DNA of 64,000 bases from Callorhinchus milii (taxonomy: Eukaryota), in the NCBI RefSeq assembly GCF_018977255.1, contig NW_024704759.1:7068001-7132000 (forward strand), read 5' to 3'. The notes under the pieces are model-generated. The model did not search any database. It was not told the DNA's origin and saw only the letters and a list, made by a program, of their open reading frames with translations. How positions within the stretch are numbered: the first letter of the stretch is position 1; the number at the start of each line of letters is the position of its first letter. The position numbers and the translations under genes were made by a program. Shown here piece after piece: positions 23,540 to 38,500 of this stretch.

Positions 23540-26500
23540 CTGAAAAGTGAGACTGGGATGTTACATCATTTAAACAATGAAACAGAGAACAAAGGTAGAA
23601 CGCTAATTTTAATTAAATCTAAGTTTTGTAATGTACACACACAACAAATACACTAAAAATAAGGTGATGTAGTTTTTACCCCCAACACAAGAAAAGGTAT
23701 GAAAACTATTTATATAAGTTTTGTGAGTGGTAACCAGAGGATAAATAAATGCTTGTTGTGTGCAGATGATTGTTGTTCAAAGGCCTTTTAACATCAAATA
23801 TTAAAGGTCTAAATGGTAGAATCAAACAATTGTTTTTGCATAATTGGCAAAATCAATTGGTTAACTACTACAGTGTTAATATTTATCTCCAAAAAGTAGA
23901 CATCCAATTTTTGTGGCCAAATTTATTCCCTCCTGATTCTTTGCTGGAGTCTATATGGGTGTTGTTCACTCTTCAGTATTTCATCCCAGTCAGGACCTGT
24001 GACTTTCTACACTAAACGCTGCCATTACCTGCAATTGAGCATTTTAGACTTAAGATTTATCGAAAACATCATGCTCCACAATGAAAGCAATGAATACAAA
24101 TGAGAAAAGAGGCGTTACCTAGCAGCAAAAGTTCAGTACCTGATTAGAAAAGCAAATTCAAGAATTTCAGTTAGCATAATTTAAAATGTAAACTTTTAAA
24201 GGTAACATGCACCTCCATCTGTCATCACATTCTTTACTGGCAGCAAAGCATGGACTCGTTCTAATGGAATTCACGAGTGAGCACACCACCATGTTGGGTT
24301 ATACTGGTGATCAATAATTATTACTATTATTATTAGCTTGCTTTAATACCTGAACAGCAGACAACATTAATGACAGCAAAACTGAAAAGGGACCAGCAGA
24401 ATTAAAATGCACAGAATGGTAATTTTGTGAGTATTGATTGGCACAGCAGATCAGCTTAGATATCCCATGTGTGTTGCAAAACATTGCTTCTTAAACAGAT
24501 GCCAATGAACCTTTCAATTATAGTATATAACTAATGAGCAACAATAAAAAACTTTCATTAAATGTCACAACATTTTACAAACTACCAATTATGCTATTGT
24601 AACATATAGTGCATATAACATAGAACGTGTAAACAAGCTGTGTAAATGTGATTAGCAATTCTATGCAACATTACCTCGAATTAGCAGGTGTCAGCTTTGT
24701 ATTATACTTGCTAATATAGTGTATGTCAGCCTGGCGGAGTGGTAGCACTCAAGCCTAGGAGTCAGAAGGTTGTGGGTTCAAGAATAAAATGTTATTGAAT
24801 GCTTTGTAAATATCATACCCATATGTTTCAGAAAGCAATCCTATTATTGCTAGTGCTGAATGCGGTAAAAAGAAAAATTGCTGGATAACACCAAAAAAAT
24901 GCATTTATATAGCACCTATTATATCGGGAGAACATACCAAGGCATAACCACCAACCTGCCAGAACATTCAGGGGCTGAATTCCTCACACACTCTTGAAAA
25001 GAGCTATCCAAATCAATCCCGCTCTCTCCCCATAGCCCTGCAAACTTGTCTGCCCCAAATAATTGTCTATTTCTCTCTTAAAAGCTGTTATCGAGTCGGC
25101 TTCTACCACCCTTTCAGGCAATGCAGATCCGAACAACTCGCTGTGTGAAAAAATTTCTCCTCACCTCCCGTTTCTTTTAACAACTATTTTAAATCTGTGT
25201 CCTCAGATTACCAACCGACCTACCAGTGGAATTAGTGAATGACTAAACTGAATGTGATCAAAATAGTTTGAATCAGGTGCCATACCGCAAAGCCCCGTCA
25301 CCTTAATTGATCACATCAGTGACAACGCACTTTAGAAGAAAATTAAACTTGAATAAAATATCCACTAATTTGAATACCTGCAATAAGATTCAGCCATTAT
25401 TAGTGGTAAAGAACTTACGGGAAGAGATGTTTGAGGAACCACTAGACCCATCCTGGTCTTTCAGATAGTGAGCTGCAAATCGTCCACTATAGTCTCTCAC
25501 ATTTGTTTTGGCACCTGTTCAGGAAAAGGCAATATTAGACAATGCATTTACAAAACAATTCGCAAAAGCTACAGCGATGAAGTATTCATTAGTTTCACTG
25601 ACACAATTTAGTGTTAATGGATGAAGGAAAAAATTTCATGTTAAGCAACAGCTGGCTGGAACCTAGTACTTAATATGTAATAAAACTACAAAAGAAAACT
25701 TATTTAATTACTTTGCTGGAAATAATTTTAAACCATTAATAAAAGTACAGTACCACAGTATATAGGAAGTGCAGTTGAGTGAATAGCTTTCTCTTCAATA
25801 CTTTTTTCACCTCTTTATATTTCCTGAACTGGTTCAACTAGCACTATGTGCATCCTTCTACAGTATTTTCTCCCCACCGTCCCTCCTCCCTGCTGTCTCT
25901 TACAAAATCAAGGCCACGAAAATGGTTTTAAATTTAGAAACAGAAAGACAAAGGCAGTATGTTAAATGTGCTAGTCACACTGGTTCAGTATAGGCTTCTG
26001 ATCCAGTACAACAACAAGGCAACTAAGTTGAGCTCTGCCTTAAACTAGGCCTAATCCATACCTAACCCAGGAGTACTGGAGGAGGTCTGAGTTCAAAGCT
26101 GAAAATGGACCAGTAGGATCATCCCTCAACTTGAGGACAGATGGGCAAGAAGAAAATGTAAAAAGTGAGAGGGATCCAGAAAAGAGGTTAAAACAGGGAA
26201 AGGCAAATAAAGGGGATTCCTCCCCACCAAGATATTGTCCATACAAATAATTTGGCTCCTTGGCAAAGATATTGATGTACATAGTTATGTTTTACTAATA
26301 TGGGCATAATACAACAGATAATACATGGAAGGCAATGAATACCTCTCACTGAATTAAAATAGAAGAATTTAGATGGTGCAAATCATGAAAGTAACATTCA
26401 GATTCCAAACAAAGTACTTAAAGTAGGCTAAAATCTAAGTAGCTAAAAGACAATCCATCACATATACTATGAGTACTACTTGGTAAATCAAATCATTCAC

Positions 26501-29500
26501 TATTGAGTCTACGTACAGTTCAATAGGTTAAATGGGGGAGCTACTGTTGTGTGCACCTGTTGCAGCAATGAGTCTTGTCCTCAGATCATTACGTCCTGAT
26601 GGAGGAGGGAGATCAAACCACTGCTCCATCACCCATCGCTGGCATTAGCAGATAAATTGGTAGCGATGCAAATAAGATACAAACTTTTTTTTAGAAACAA
26701 TGAAGATAAAGTGACAGTAAGCAGTGTCCTGATGCTAACACAATGTACACGGACTTAAAGATTGGAATTAGAGCAAGTTTGCACTCAGCTGAATGTGATC
26801 CTTTGACAGCACCTGGAATTACATACAGAATCACTGCTAGGAATCACCATCATAATGAAAAAGTTCAGGTGGCATCAAACTGCAAAAGTGCCAACAATTT
26901 ACCTTCTAATTATGGAGGAATCTTCAACAATTTATTTATAAAGTACTGTACGTTTAGAAAATAGGGTTTATGTAGACATCAGCAGTGCTACATAATTGCA
27001 ATAAAATTCCTATCACATCACACATGCCAGGCTGCGCAGCAAAGCTCAGCACCTGTAGTGGGAAACAAACAGTGATAATGCAAAATTTCAATTCAAAATT
27101 CTTAATTAAGTTTGTTAATATCTTCTGAATATTAATTTCAGCCTTATTACAAGAATTATAATAATACAATCTTAATCTCATATCATGGGGACAAAAGGTA
27201 ACATTTTCAGTACATTGTGAAACATTCACATCAACAAGATGTGATACTAAATGTGCAAATCAGAAACTTACCATAGTTATTGATTAAAATGTCCATGATG
27301 TGTGTATGGGAATGAAGGGCTGCTATATGTAGTGGTGTGTAACCCTGAGAAAATAAATAATTATTTTTACTTCTATTTGCTAATGCCATGACAGTAATGT
27401 ACCAAATGACTTTTTTTTTAAAGACAAATAGGATACCTTTTATTTAGCTGACTACTAGATGACAAGCACTTTCACTAGATATCAAATCATGAAAGGGGGG
27501 AATATTGCCCTTGAAATCAGATGAATAAAAGGTAATTTATTGTATGATTTAATTCTTAATTTAGCACTGTAATCAAAATATCAAGTCACATAGAACTGGT
27601 TTCTCAAAGATCTTCAATACAAATGAGGCAAGTTTTAATTTTGCTGCTACAGAAAACATCCTGTGTTTGAAAGTGCTTGTAAATAAACAAGAAAAGGTTT
27701 GCCAGCCACACCACGTTTCAACATTAATTGCATTGGAACGTTTGCTTGGGAAAAAACAGTTTATGCTCCATTCTGAAAACTAGCGTTTGAACAAAAACCT
27801 TTTTCCCCCCATTGAGTCCCTTTCAGGTTTATAGAAAACTTGCAATTAATCCCAGTTGTAACATTAGATGCAAAATTAGAACATTCAAACAATAATTTAT
27901 CCTCCACACTATAGCGGAGTTGTCCAATAGGTTAGCTACGAGCCACATGTGGAAAATTGGGAATCCAGATGTGGCTAAATTGCATTTTTGATTAGTAAAT
28001 AAAAAATGAGAAATAGACCCCGCCATTGGGCATGTGATCTCAATTCTCCTTCTCGCACGATGGTGCATACTTTGATCTTTTTGTATGGTTGTTGGTAAAA
28101 TGGTAAGACGAAAAGCAGTGTGTGTGTTTTTTTTGATCATTGTGATTGCTTTACTTCCTTGGTTACTGCTGATTGGTGTGAAACACGGGTGAAAACCTTG
28201 TGAAAGAAAAATAAAGAGAAGACACGCCCCTACTCTGCATCCATAACACTGGGGGAAGCTGCTTGCCCTTTGCCATGACACCATGACTGAGACACAAAGC
28301 TAGAAGCTGTAGTAAGATGCACGGAGTCTGATAAATCCATGCCAGAATTCCAAACTTTGGTGAAAAAGAATGGAAAATTTTGCACTGAATGGTGGTAGAT
28401 GTTTGTTAAGTGAATATACATTGAAACATACATGTGAAATACCTGTATCGTGCGAGTGTCAAAAGGTGCGTTCTACTAAAATTAGTGTGTGTGGGTAAAA
28501 CGGTGTCGCAGCAATCACACTTGTGGTTATTCAGCGATTTCTATTGGACAACACTACACTATAGTACAAAGCACAATACATTTTATAAACAAAAAGCAAA
28601 TATTTTCTTAACATACTTTACACCCTTAATATTGCAGTGATATGCGATGAAAAGCAAAATAAAGTCAATTATCAAATAAAGAAGCAAAAAAAATGACAAA
28701 AAGTCATGCGATACTCACTCCCTACAACAGAAGCGAAAGACAAAACGATCATCACAAGTGGGGAGGGAAATAAAAAAAGTTGAATCAAACAATTGCTCTT
28801 TAAACAATTTCATTTAACACTTTTGAAAAACATTGTTCCATTTTGAGCCTCATTCCTGCTTCCCCCCCACCCCACCACATTTTAAGATTTTCAGGATCAT
28901 CATTAGAAATATTTTGTGCAACTTGCTCTAATGCCCGTAACATCCTAATGCCTATACAACATCACCCAACAGGGAGAAGTGTAGTTAAAGGGGGTGCAGA
29001 AAATGTCCACTTCTACCCAGGCAGCAGTGTTAAAGTAGGCTTGACCACTATTATTCTCACTCAATCCCACTGGCCAACTGCAGATCGAAATCAATAATTG
29101 TGGCTTCAATTAAAACTAGATTGACACCATCGTATTTAAATTTGATTGAAATCATGGTACGTTTTAACAATTTGGGAGTAATCTCTTCTCTTTGTACTTT
29201 GGCGGTGGAGAGAAGAAAGGCAACAAGTGCAGCTGGAAAACAGCTCTGTGACACACCATAAGTTACTTCTAAGAACTATGGAAGAGGATCTTCCAAGTCA
29301 AAACTTCCCTTCTCTCAGAGACCAAGTCAAGACTGAGAGGCTCAGCCACTCAGCAAAGGTTGAGAGTGAACATTAGCCAACTCAAACGTTAATATAGGTC
29401 AGAGATTGACCCCGTACTATTGTTGGTTTTAAATGTCATTTACTGAATATGTAGCCAATTGTAAGATTTGTTGTTTAATTTGTCATTCATTAGTTCTTGG

Positions 29501-32500
29501 TTCCCACTTTCAAACATTTACGTTCCTATTACTAGATTGAAACATAAGGAACTTAGTACCGGCTATTATTTCTACCAATTAAAAAAGCACTTTGAGGACC
29601 CACAGTTGTCAATGATAGTGTGCTCTGCGAAATATAAGAAATAAAATCATAATCACAATCTAAATTTAACAACAAAATCTGTGATTCATGCAAATAAATA
29701 AGAAGTTTGTTTGATTTGACTTACATGCTGCATTTATCCATCGATTAGCAGGGAGCAAAGAAAGAGGGAAAAAAAATCAGTTTTTTTAATTCATTGCAAC
29801 ATTATGCAATACCACAAACTAAAAGAATGGAATAAACATCTTAAGTGTATGATGAGTTCTGTTCAGCTGTCTCTGCTCCATCTCAATGATCTCCATACTC
29901 CATACAAGCCTGATCGGTACTTGGCTCTTGATGCTCATGGTTGATTGTATGTGGCCAAAGCAATATTCATTTCCTTAATTTGCCTTCTGCAATTCTGCAC
30001 ATATGTAATTCATTTCCATTATGTACAGTTTAAGTAAAAATTATGTAATTGTACTAAAACAAAGTAGGTGTGCGATTCTAATGAAAAATACGTAGAGTGC
30101 TTCAGAGTGAAACCTTTAAAGGTCAAAGTACACTGCTTTTTCCCATAGGGGAAAGAGAAGCAAGAAATGAAGACTTCAGATGTGGGATGTTGCTGTGTTT
30201 ATATTTCCCAATTGAGATGTGCTCTTGGCTCTCTGGTGTCCTGGTCACAAACATCTAGCTTTAATAGCAGATTGTAAGATTAAGAACCAGTAAGAATTAG
30301 TTACTGTAGGGGTTGAACTGGGAATGATCAAACAATATTCTAATAAAGAATAGTGATTAATGATTAGCATCAATCCTCATTTGTATTAATAAATGCCTAA
30401 CTATTATTTACCATTTTTACCTTGCCAGAAACAGTGGTTGTAAAAACAAAATGTACTGGTGAGCTGATTCACAGCCAAATATTAAATGTAAAATTGCAGA
30501 ATTGGATATGATTTAATATAATTCAACTAATTTTTGAATAAAAACAATTTAGATAGGAACAACTTCATGCCAATCTCCACGATCAGATTTTATTTTTTTG
30601 TGTAACAGTCAAGGCTTGCAACAGGAAAGCTTGTAAATCATTTCTTTATTTGAGTCTTACAAATCAGGAATAGAAAGAATTAGTTGGTTAAACTTTCAAA
30701 CTACTTGAAACGGAATGAAAAACATAACAGCTTTGTTTCGATCTCGCATAATTCCACTGTTCTGGCTCATAAAACATCTGTAAATTGTGGCTTTCTGTAC
30801 ATAAATCTATAGATTGAGTATTGTGCTTCCATGGATTCTGACAACTGAATGCAACTGGTAAATTAGAAACAAAAGGCTAATGTGGTTTTGTTTGAACATA
30901 GCTGTACACTTGACCAGGTTGTCAATATTGCATCACATCTTGGGCAAGAGAACAAACTGGTCACACATCTAATAACATAGAAAATATACTTCACATCCTA
31001 TTCTTAATTACCCTTTTTTAAAAAAGTAGTGATGAATTTAAAAACATTCACCATTAAAAATACTGCAACATTTGCAAATGACACTTTATGATGACACTCA
31101 CTTTTTGGCAAGACTAACAATAAAAACGGATGCTTTGCAGGTTTAAAAGAAAGTAAACTAATGTTTTGAGTTTTCACAGATTAACTAGAGTTTGCACAGC
31201 AGAGGAAGGCAGCATATGGAAGGCTAATGTGGTTGAGCACATAATAATAATCCTTGCATTGGATATAGCGCCTTATCACATCTTCGGGACCTCTTAAAGT
31301 GCTTCACAGAATATACTGAAAAGTGAATTGACTGTATATTTTGTGGGTGAAACGCAGCAGCCAATTACTCACAGCAGTGTCCTACAAACAGTCGTATAGG
31401 AGAGAACTAAAGTGCAAAGTTTTCTAATAAACGTGTAAAAATGAATTCATATAATACTGTAAATGGGTTTCACACTATAATCTGAAAGTCATGGGAGCCA
31501 CAGCATACCAAAGGACACAAGACTGTCTGTTGAATAGCTACTAAAGATGGATGTAAATCTTAGAAAACAAGAAAGCTTAGAAAGAAAAATATCGGACAAA
31601 AGATTCTTGCTAACACATTTGGCTGAGTAGCATATTATTTGGAAGGCGGAAGAATTACCTAAAGGTATTTTAGTTATACTGTATTTTAAAAGATTGAACA
31701 GAGAAAGAGGCAACTCACTGCTCTGCTGTTGATATCGACACCAGCCATTATTAACAGGAGCGCCATGTCCTCTTTGCCATGTTTAGCTGCCCAATGTAAT
31801 GCAGTCTATAAAAACAAATAACTTCATGTTAGAATACCAACAAACTTGTAACTAATAATATAATTACAGTATAGTCTACACAACACAAGCGTTCAACAAG
31901 TGTTACTGCATGCTTATTTGTGTTGTTCTTAGCATCAGAGATGAAAGTGAAATTTGAAAATAGCTGGAACAGTTCAACTTTTGAGGCACTACGCTATTAC
32001 CATTGGTTGATAGAATAAGAATTGCAGTGTTTGTATTTCTTGGTAATGGTGTGAAAAACACTACCTAATAAAGAGAAGTGAAGCCTACAGTGAGTACTTC
32101 CATTACTACAGTATTCTCCACATGTATTGTAGAAAGAAATCAAAGACCACCACCCACTCTTACTCAAGTTCACTTGAATTAACGGCCTTGCAAACATTCT
32201 CTCTCGCATGTGAGAAACGTTTTCAAAATGTTAGAATGAGGTTAAAAGAAAAAAAAGGGAACAGGGACAAAAAAAGCAAATAGAGGCATCGTTCTTAGAA
32301 TGTTTATTTAAATAGCATTTATTTTAGTGACTCGGTGCTAATATTACATTAAATTAATTATAGCATCAGAGTGCATGAACTAAAAACATGCAGAGACCCA
32401 AACGAGTATTTGAATAAACCTACCAGGACTCTAACAGTTATAAAAGATGGAAAGCCGCGGGGAAAACTTCCATTACTAGTAACTTTGTAGCTCGCTACCC

Positions 32501-35500
32501 TGGTACTTTGAGCATGTTCAATTTAGCAAATCATTTCCTCTCCCATGGAGATCCACAAATTCAAGACTATTTTTACAGTATAGTGTATTGCTAAACCAGC
32601 CAACTTAATTTCAAATCTCTGATTCCAACACCGATATATCCTTCCAATACTGTGAGGCAATAACGGAGATGCAGAACTAACTTTTCTCTTTCATTAATTT
32701 TGCATTTCATCTACACTCCTGCGACAGATCATTCATGCCTAAATAATTTAATAAATAAACACAAGTATTTCTGTGCCACACAGAAACACGTTGTGGATGG
32801 ACACTGTGTATTCCTCTGCTTCACCAAAACAGTAACCACTTTTTCACACAAGTTTTAGTTTTTCTGCATTTTTGATCCAATTTGTACTATATTTTACACT
32901 TGTGGTATTTACACTAAACGTGTTTTTCTGAAAACTAGTCCAGATTGTGGCAGCAAATCAAACAGAAAACAGCCTCCCTCGTACTCTGCAATGTTGTGTG
33001 GATGATTGTGGCCTTTTCTTACATTTTATTTTCTGTTTCCACTGGCGGGTGTGCAGGGCTATGGGGAGAATGCGGGGAGAATGGGATTGATTTGGGAAGC
33101 TCTTTTCAAAGAGCCAGTACAGACACGATGGGCTGAATGACCTCCTTCTGTGCTGTATAATTCTATGATTCACATAGCACCAGCTTAAAATTACCGCAGT
33201 ATTCACTTTCTTTGCACTTTTTATATCTGAATGAGATTTATAGATTTTTTTCCCTTGAATTAACATTAATGGAGATTCAAATATCAATTTGCACCAATTT
33301 AGAGATGATATTCCAGTCACATAATTTACACCTTATTTGCGTCATAAGCATTCACTAATAACTGTATTTTGCTGTAATACAGTTGCAAAACGCAATAGAA
33401 AATACGTCAAAAACTGCACCAAAGTACAAATTATTCAAATTCAAACAAATTAAAGGCCGAGTTTTTTGTTAAAAAAAACTACTAATGCACAAGACTGAAT
33501 AAAAGCAGGAATTAAAACTTCTACTGTAACAAAGGAATTTATAAACTTTTTAAAAGCAGCATTCTGAAAACTTTTTGCTATTGTACAATAATATATAATC
33601 ATTATTTTAAAATAAAGGCTAACATTTACCAAAGCGCACTGTTGCTGATAACCCTATGAAACGTGCCTGCCTATTACCAGCTGATCAGGTTATCTTTTCC
33701 CTGGAGCCCATGTGTTTGTAGTGCGCCGTCTGTTTCATTCTGGATATTTCCCTGAATTTGCCAGCTGCATAGGGAGTGTACATACGACATTTCCTGCACA
33801 TTCGGCCAAGCTAATTACAAAACAACAAACCAAGCGTGCCTCAAATGAAGCCAAGGTGTAAGTGCCTGTCAGGGCTGATGATTGATTATGTTTACTGCGA
33901 CCCATCGGCTGCTAGGAACAGGGCCCCAGTTATACTCCCAGCCAGTGTGAATGTCACAACTACAGCGTAATATTTATGTNAAAAAAATGATTTTAGTGAA
34001 TGAAAGAAAATCAAGGTAATTGCGAGGGACTCGTTAGACACCCATGAGAAGAAACATCCACTACCAGGCGATTTATTTTCACGAGACATTATTATTACCA
34101 TCACATCATAATTGAACATATTTTCTAATTGTCTCCCGCTAATCTAAATATACAATACGAGCTGTGTTTTGGACAGCGATTTATACAGTTTTACCCTAAG
34201 GTGTTGAGTTTGGTTGTTGATGCATGTGGCAAAGACATTACTGAAAGAGTATAAGATAGTTTTAGGATTCATTTGCACACTTATATATGAATACATATTA
34301 TACATGTATCTGACCATCATAGCCATAAACACTTTCTCTTGCACACTTGAATGTTTTTGGAACTTCCCCCAGAGGAAAGAGAAAACCACAAGAGCCCCCT
34401 GAGCCATTCACATGCCCCCTATTGGCTAGTCCGAAAATAATAATAATAATCCTTGCATTTTGATATAGCACTTTTCACGTCGGGAGGACGTCCCAAAGCG
34501 CCTCACAGAAGACACTGTAAAGTGAATTGACTGTATATTTGTTGGCGAACGCGGCAGCCAATTGCGCACAGCAATGTCCCACAAACAGTCGTAGATTGAA
34601 AATGACCAATTTATTATTGTTTTTGGTTTTTGGAGGGATTATTATTAGGCGTGTGGAGTAAGGAAACTTGCCCAAGGTTTCGCCCTGATCTGCCTGGAAT
34701 TGAACTCAGGTCTCTCGCTTGCAAAGCGAGTGCTCTAACCACTGAGCTACAGGACTCCGAAAATGGCATTAGAGGTCAAAGTATCCACAGTTCAATATTC
34801 AGGAGGGAAATCTAGAGTATGTATTCTTCAATTGGAGGGAAGCACTATCATCTAATCATATCAAACCTTTCCATTATATTATAATTTATGAACAAGTATA
34901 TCTTAAACTGAGTTCATCAATGAGTTTTGCCCAACTCCATGTGGATTGTATGTCTTTGCAAAAGAGGCTGATTCAGTACGAATGATCTAAGGGTAGCAAA
35001 CCACATCTTCTGTTTAGTTTCTTAACAGCCAAGTCTTCAGATTTAGGCTAACTGGGTACCAGTTTTTGCAGACTTCCCAGGGCAGAAGGTCTGCCTTGTC
35101 TGGTAGAATGAGTTACAGAATCAATGATTAAAGCTTTGGGATCTCCAAGTGTGAAAACCATTATCTTCTACATAAAGGGGAGAATTACAAAAGCCTCACT
35201 TGAGCAGAGCCCAGCAGAGTGAGGAAGGAACTGAGTGAGGTGGAACAGAGTGAGAATTCTGTTAAGGAATTTGGTGAGGGGGAAGGCGGTGCAGGTGTTG
35301 CAGAAATTGTGAGATGTTTGCCTTCCAGGCCAAATTTTGAATGGATTCATCTGCATTAACTGAAAGCTAGTAGACTCACTCAAGGCTGAAGTGATCAGCC
35401 TTAGCAAGCGACTGGCTATGCACCAAAGTATTAGGGAGGGAGAAGAGTTTATGAATGATGTATTAGAGAAGACCTTGCTGGGGGCACAGTAGAGGAGTCC

Positions 35501-38500
35501 CCGGTACCTAGAGGAAAGGATTGGGTCTCTGTTAGGAAAGGGGCCAGAAGTCGTGGTCGGCTAATGGAGCAGGAACGGACATCCCTGGTGCTCTCCAACA
35601 GTTTTTCTCCTCTGGAGAGAGATGATATGGAAACCCAAGTGATGGCTGAGACAGGCAAGAGAGTGTGGTGCACTGAGGCAATCCAGCAGCCTGCCAAGGA
35701 AGGAGGGAAGAGAAAGAGTAGCAGACAAGTTGATATTAGGGGATTCGACTACTCGGTTCACAGATCGCATTCTGTGCAAGCCAGACCGCCAGGAAGGTGG
35801 AAGGCGAACTAGATGGACCTTGGTTTTTTTGCGTCTAGCATTTCTTATGTTCTCTGACAGAAAACAAACCCAGTTTTCATTAGCACAATGCTATTTTAGA
35901 TAATAATCTGAGGACGTTCAGTATACAGCAACATTTTATGTAAAAAGATTCAACAAACCATTTGTTTCTTAAAGCAAAAAGTTCAAATAAACTCACTTCA
36001 TGAATATTTTTCTAATTAGCAAATGTGGATTATACTTACAAACTTTTGTCAAGCAGTATCAAAAAAAGGTATTTTTTGAACATTGGAGAAATTGGCCATA
36101 ATTCACAAGTTTCCAGAAGATGTGCATTCAGGAAATAAAAGGAAAAACAAGTTATTAGTCAGAACACACTTTGTTTTCAGTACAGTGCATATAAAAAATT
36201 TAAACTTCTGAAAAACGCAGTGCTTGGACGACAGACATCATTCTAAACCCAATTTGTTTTTCATGTTTGCCTTTTAGCAATGATCATTGGAGACTGAGAA
36301 GGAATGGGAACCTTTGTTGATTTTTTCTTCTGTAACCTGTGAAGGCAAACTAGTGTCTCAACTACTGTCTCAAATGAGATTGCTAACTTAGACAAGACAA
36401 GACTGGGTATTGGACTATGACCTTCCAGGGTATAGAAATTTGTGTTGCACTACAAAATAAATTTGTGTCTTCACTACAAAAGTCCTTTTCAATATCTTAA
36501 TTTTATTTAGACTTTTTAAAAAAGAACATTCTAATTCTTTCTCCTAAACCTAAACTTCAAAAAACATTTATCTTTTTTTCAGCTTCCATCACGTAGTTTG
36601 GGGAAAAAACAGCCTTACACCTAATGACCAAGTCAAGATATTGAAGAAAGACATTGTCACATCATATATTCTGCACAACCAGGTCAATCATTGATTGGCA
36701 CTAGGCGAGATCACAGGATGAAAAGAAAAAAGATTTTTTTTAAAAAAAAGATAAACAGAAAAAAAATCATAACTAGTTGGGTGCGTCTGTCGATAGCATC
36801 TTAAGTATTAAGAAAAAGATTGCATACTCTGACTCTTATATGGGGTCAGAGTGCCAGTACCATCACTTTGTCAATCAAGAAACAAGCACGAGAGCACAAG
36901 TCATTTTGTTTCTCATCAAATTGTGACATTATTCTGAAATAATTAGGAAAGTGCATTCTCTGAAGCAGAACTTAATGACTGAAATCACTGGTATACACAA
37001 GAATTTAAGCATCTTCAATATCACAGTTCATCTATACAGTAAAAATAGCATTAGAATGGTCATTCGCATTGCGTGACACGACTCCAAAGCTGATCACTGA
37101 AAGAATACATCAAAGACCAAGACAGACACTTGCTGAACTTAATTCCTCTCAACATGAGGTTCTCCTACTCTTAATGTAGATTCTCTTTTATCTATTATTT
37201 GCAGATTAATTGAAAGACCAGGATTATCCTTGCAGAAGCTATAGGAACCAATAATCTTTCGCACATCAGTCACAACTATGTATTTCGTCAGCTACTGAGG
37301 TGGAGCTGGTTTGCTGTGCCATCACGCAGAAGGTGATTTTTAAAAAAAGTTATTTTTTTACAGCTAACACCCTTTTTACTTAAATTCGAGTAAAAAGTGT
37401 TAAGGTTTATTTTAAATAACTAAATTCTGTCGAGTCACAACAGAAAGGGCAAAACAATGTAAACCATGTTTCTCTTAAATCTAAAAATAATAAGGACTTC
37501 GGGGAAGACCCTGCATCAAAACAGAATCATTGGCTGGAGAAGCCCTTTTATGGGACAGAAGAGGGCATGATTGGTTTCAGCTTTGTGTGCAGCTGCTGAT
37601 GTTCTCAAAAACAGCCCTGGCTTTGCCAGCAAGTGCCAAACATTGAAAAAGTTGGTAGAAATAAAGTTTGAGGATATTTGTATTGAAAAGCTAGGCAACA
37701 CCAACAATATAAAACAATCTAAAACAGTTTGAATTTTTATTTCTTACTATCAATATATGAATAAAAATGGATGGAGACGGGAAGAGTCAAATTGCGATTG
37801 ATTTGACAGCGAACTCCAGTCATTCACAAGCGGTTTCGGACTGTCAATCAGTAAGGGGCGGAGGAACAGGGAAGAAACAAAGGAGGGAATCGTGACTGAT
37901 TGACAGCTGGAGTAATGGGTGCCCATCCATTCACAAGCACGTTCAGGCTGTCAATCACCTGGGCAGGTAGAGAACTTTGGTTAACTTAGGACGGCGCTTA
38001 AACCGGACAAAACTGCCACAGGCGTGTCAGGCTTAAGCGGCTTCCACTGTATTTACCAAGGATGAATATATTTACTCATGTTTAAAGTAGGTTACAAGAC
38101 GAGTTGAATTACATGTCATATGATTTTCCAAAGTGGTTAAAATACATGCGTCAGGATTCCCTGAACACAAACAAACCTGAAAAAAAAATGTTAATCGGCA
38201 GGCACTTACCCCCTGATATTGGTCACATTGTTCCAACATTGGATGCCAAATACATCACATCCATTCCATTCCCAGCAGGACAGGAAAAAAAAAGAGCAAA
38301 ATACTTTTCAGTGAGGAAGCTATATACAATATATGTAAAGGAACAGAAGAATAAATATTCCTGAACCATCAGAGATTGAGACAAAACATGCAAAAATACA
38401 TTAAAGGCCATCATTATTGTAATACTCAGAATGCATTACACACAAAAGTTTCACATTAAGAACAAGTTTAAGTACATATTGAATACAGATTTCTTCTATT

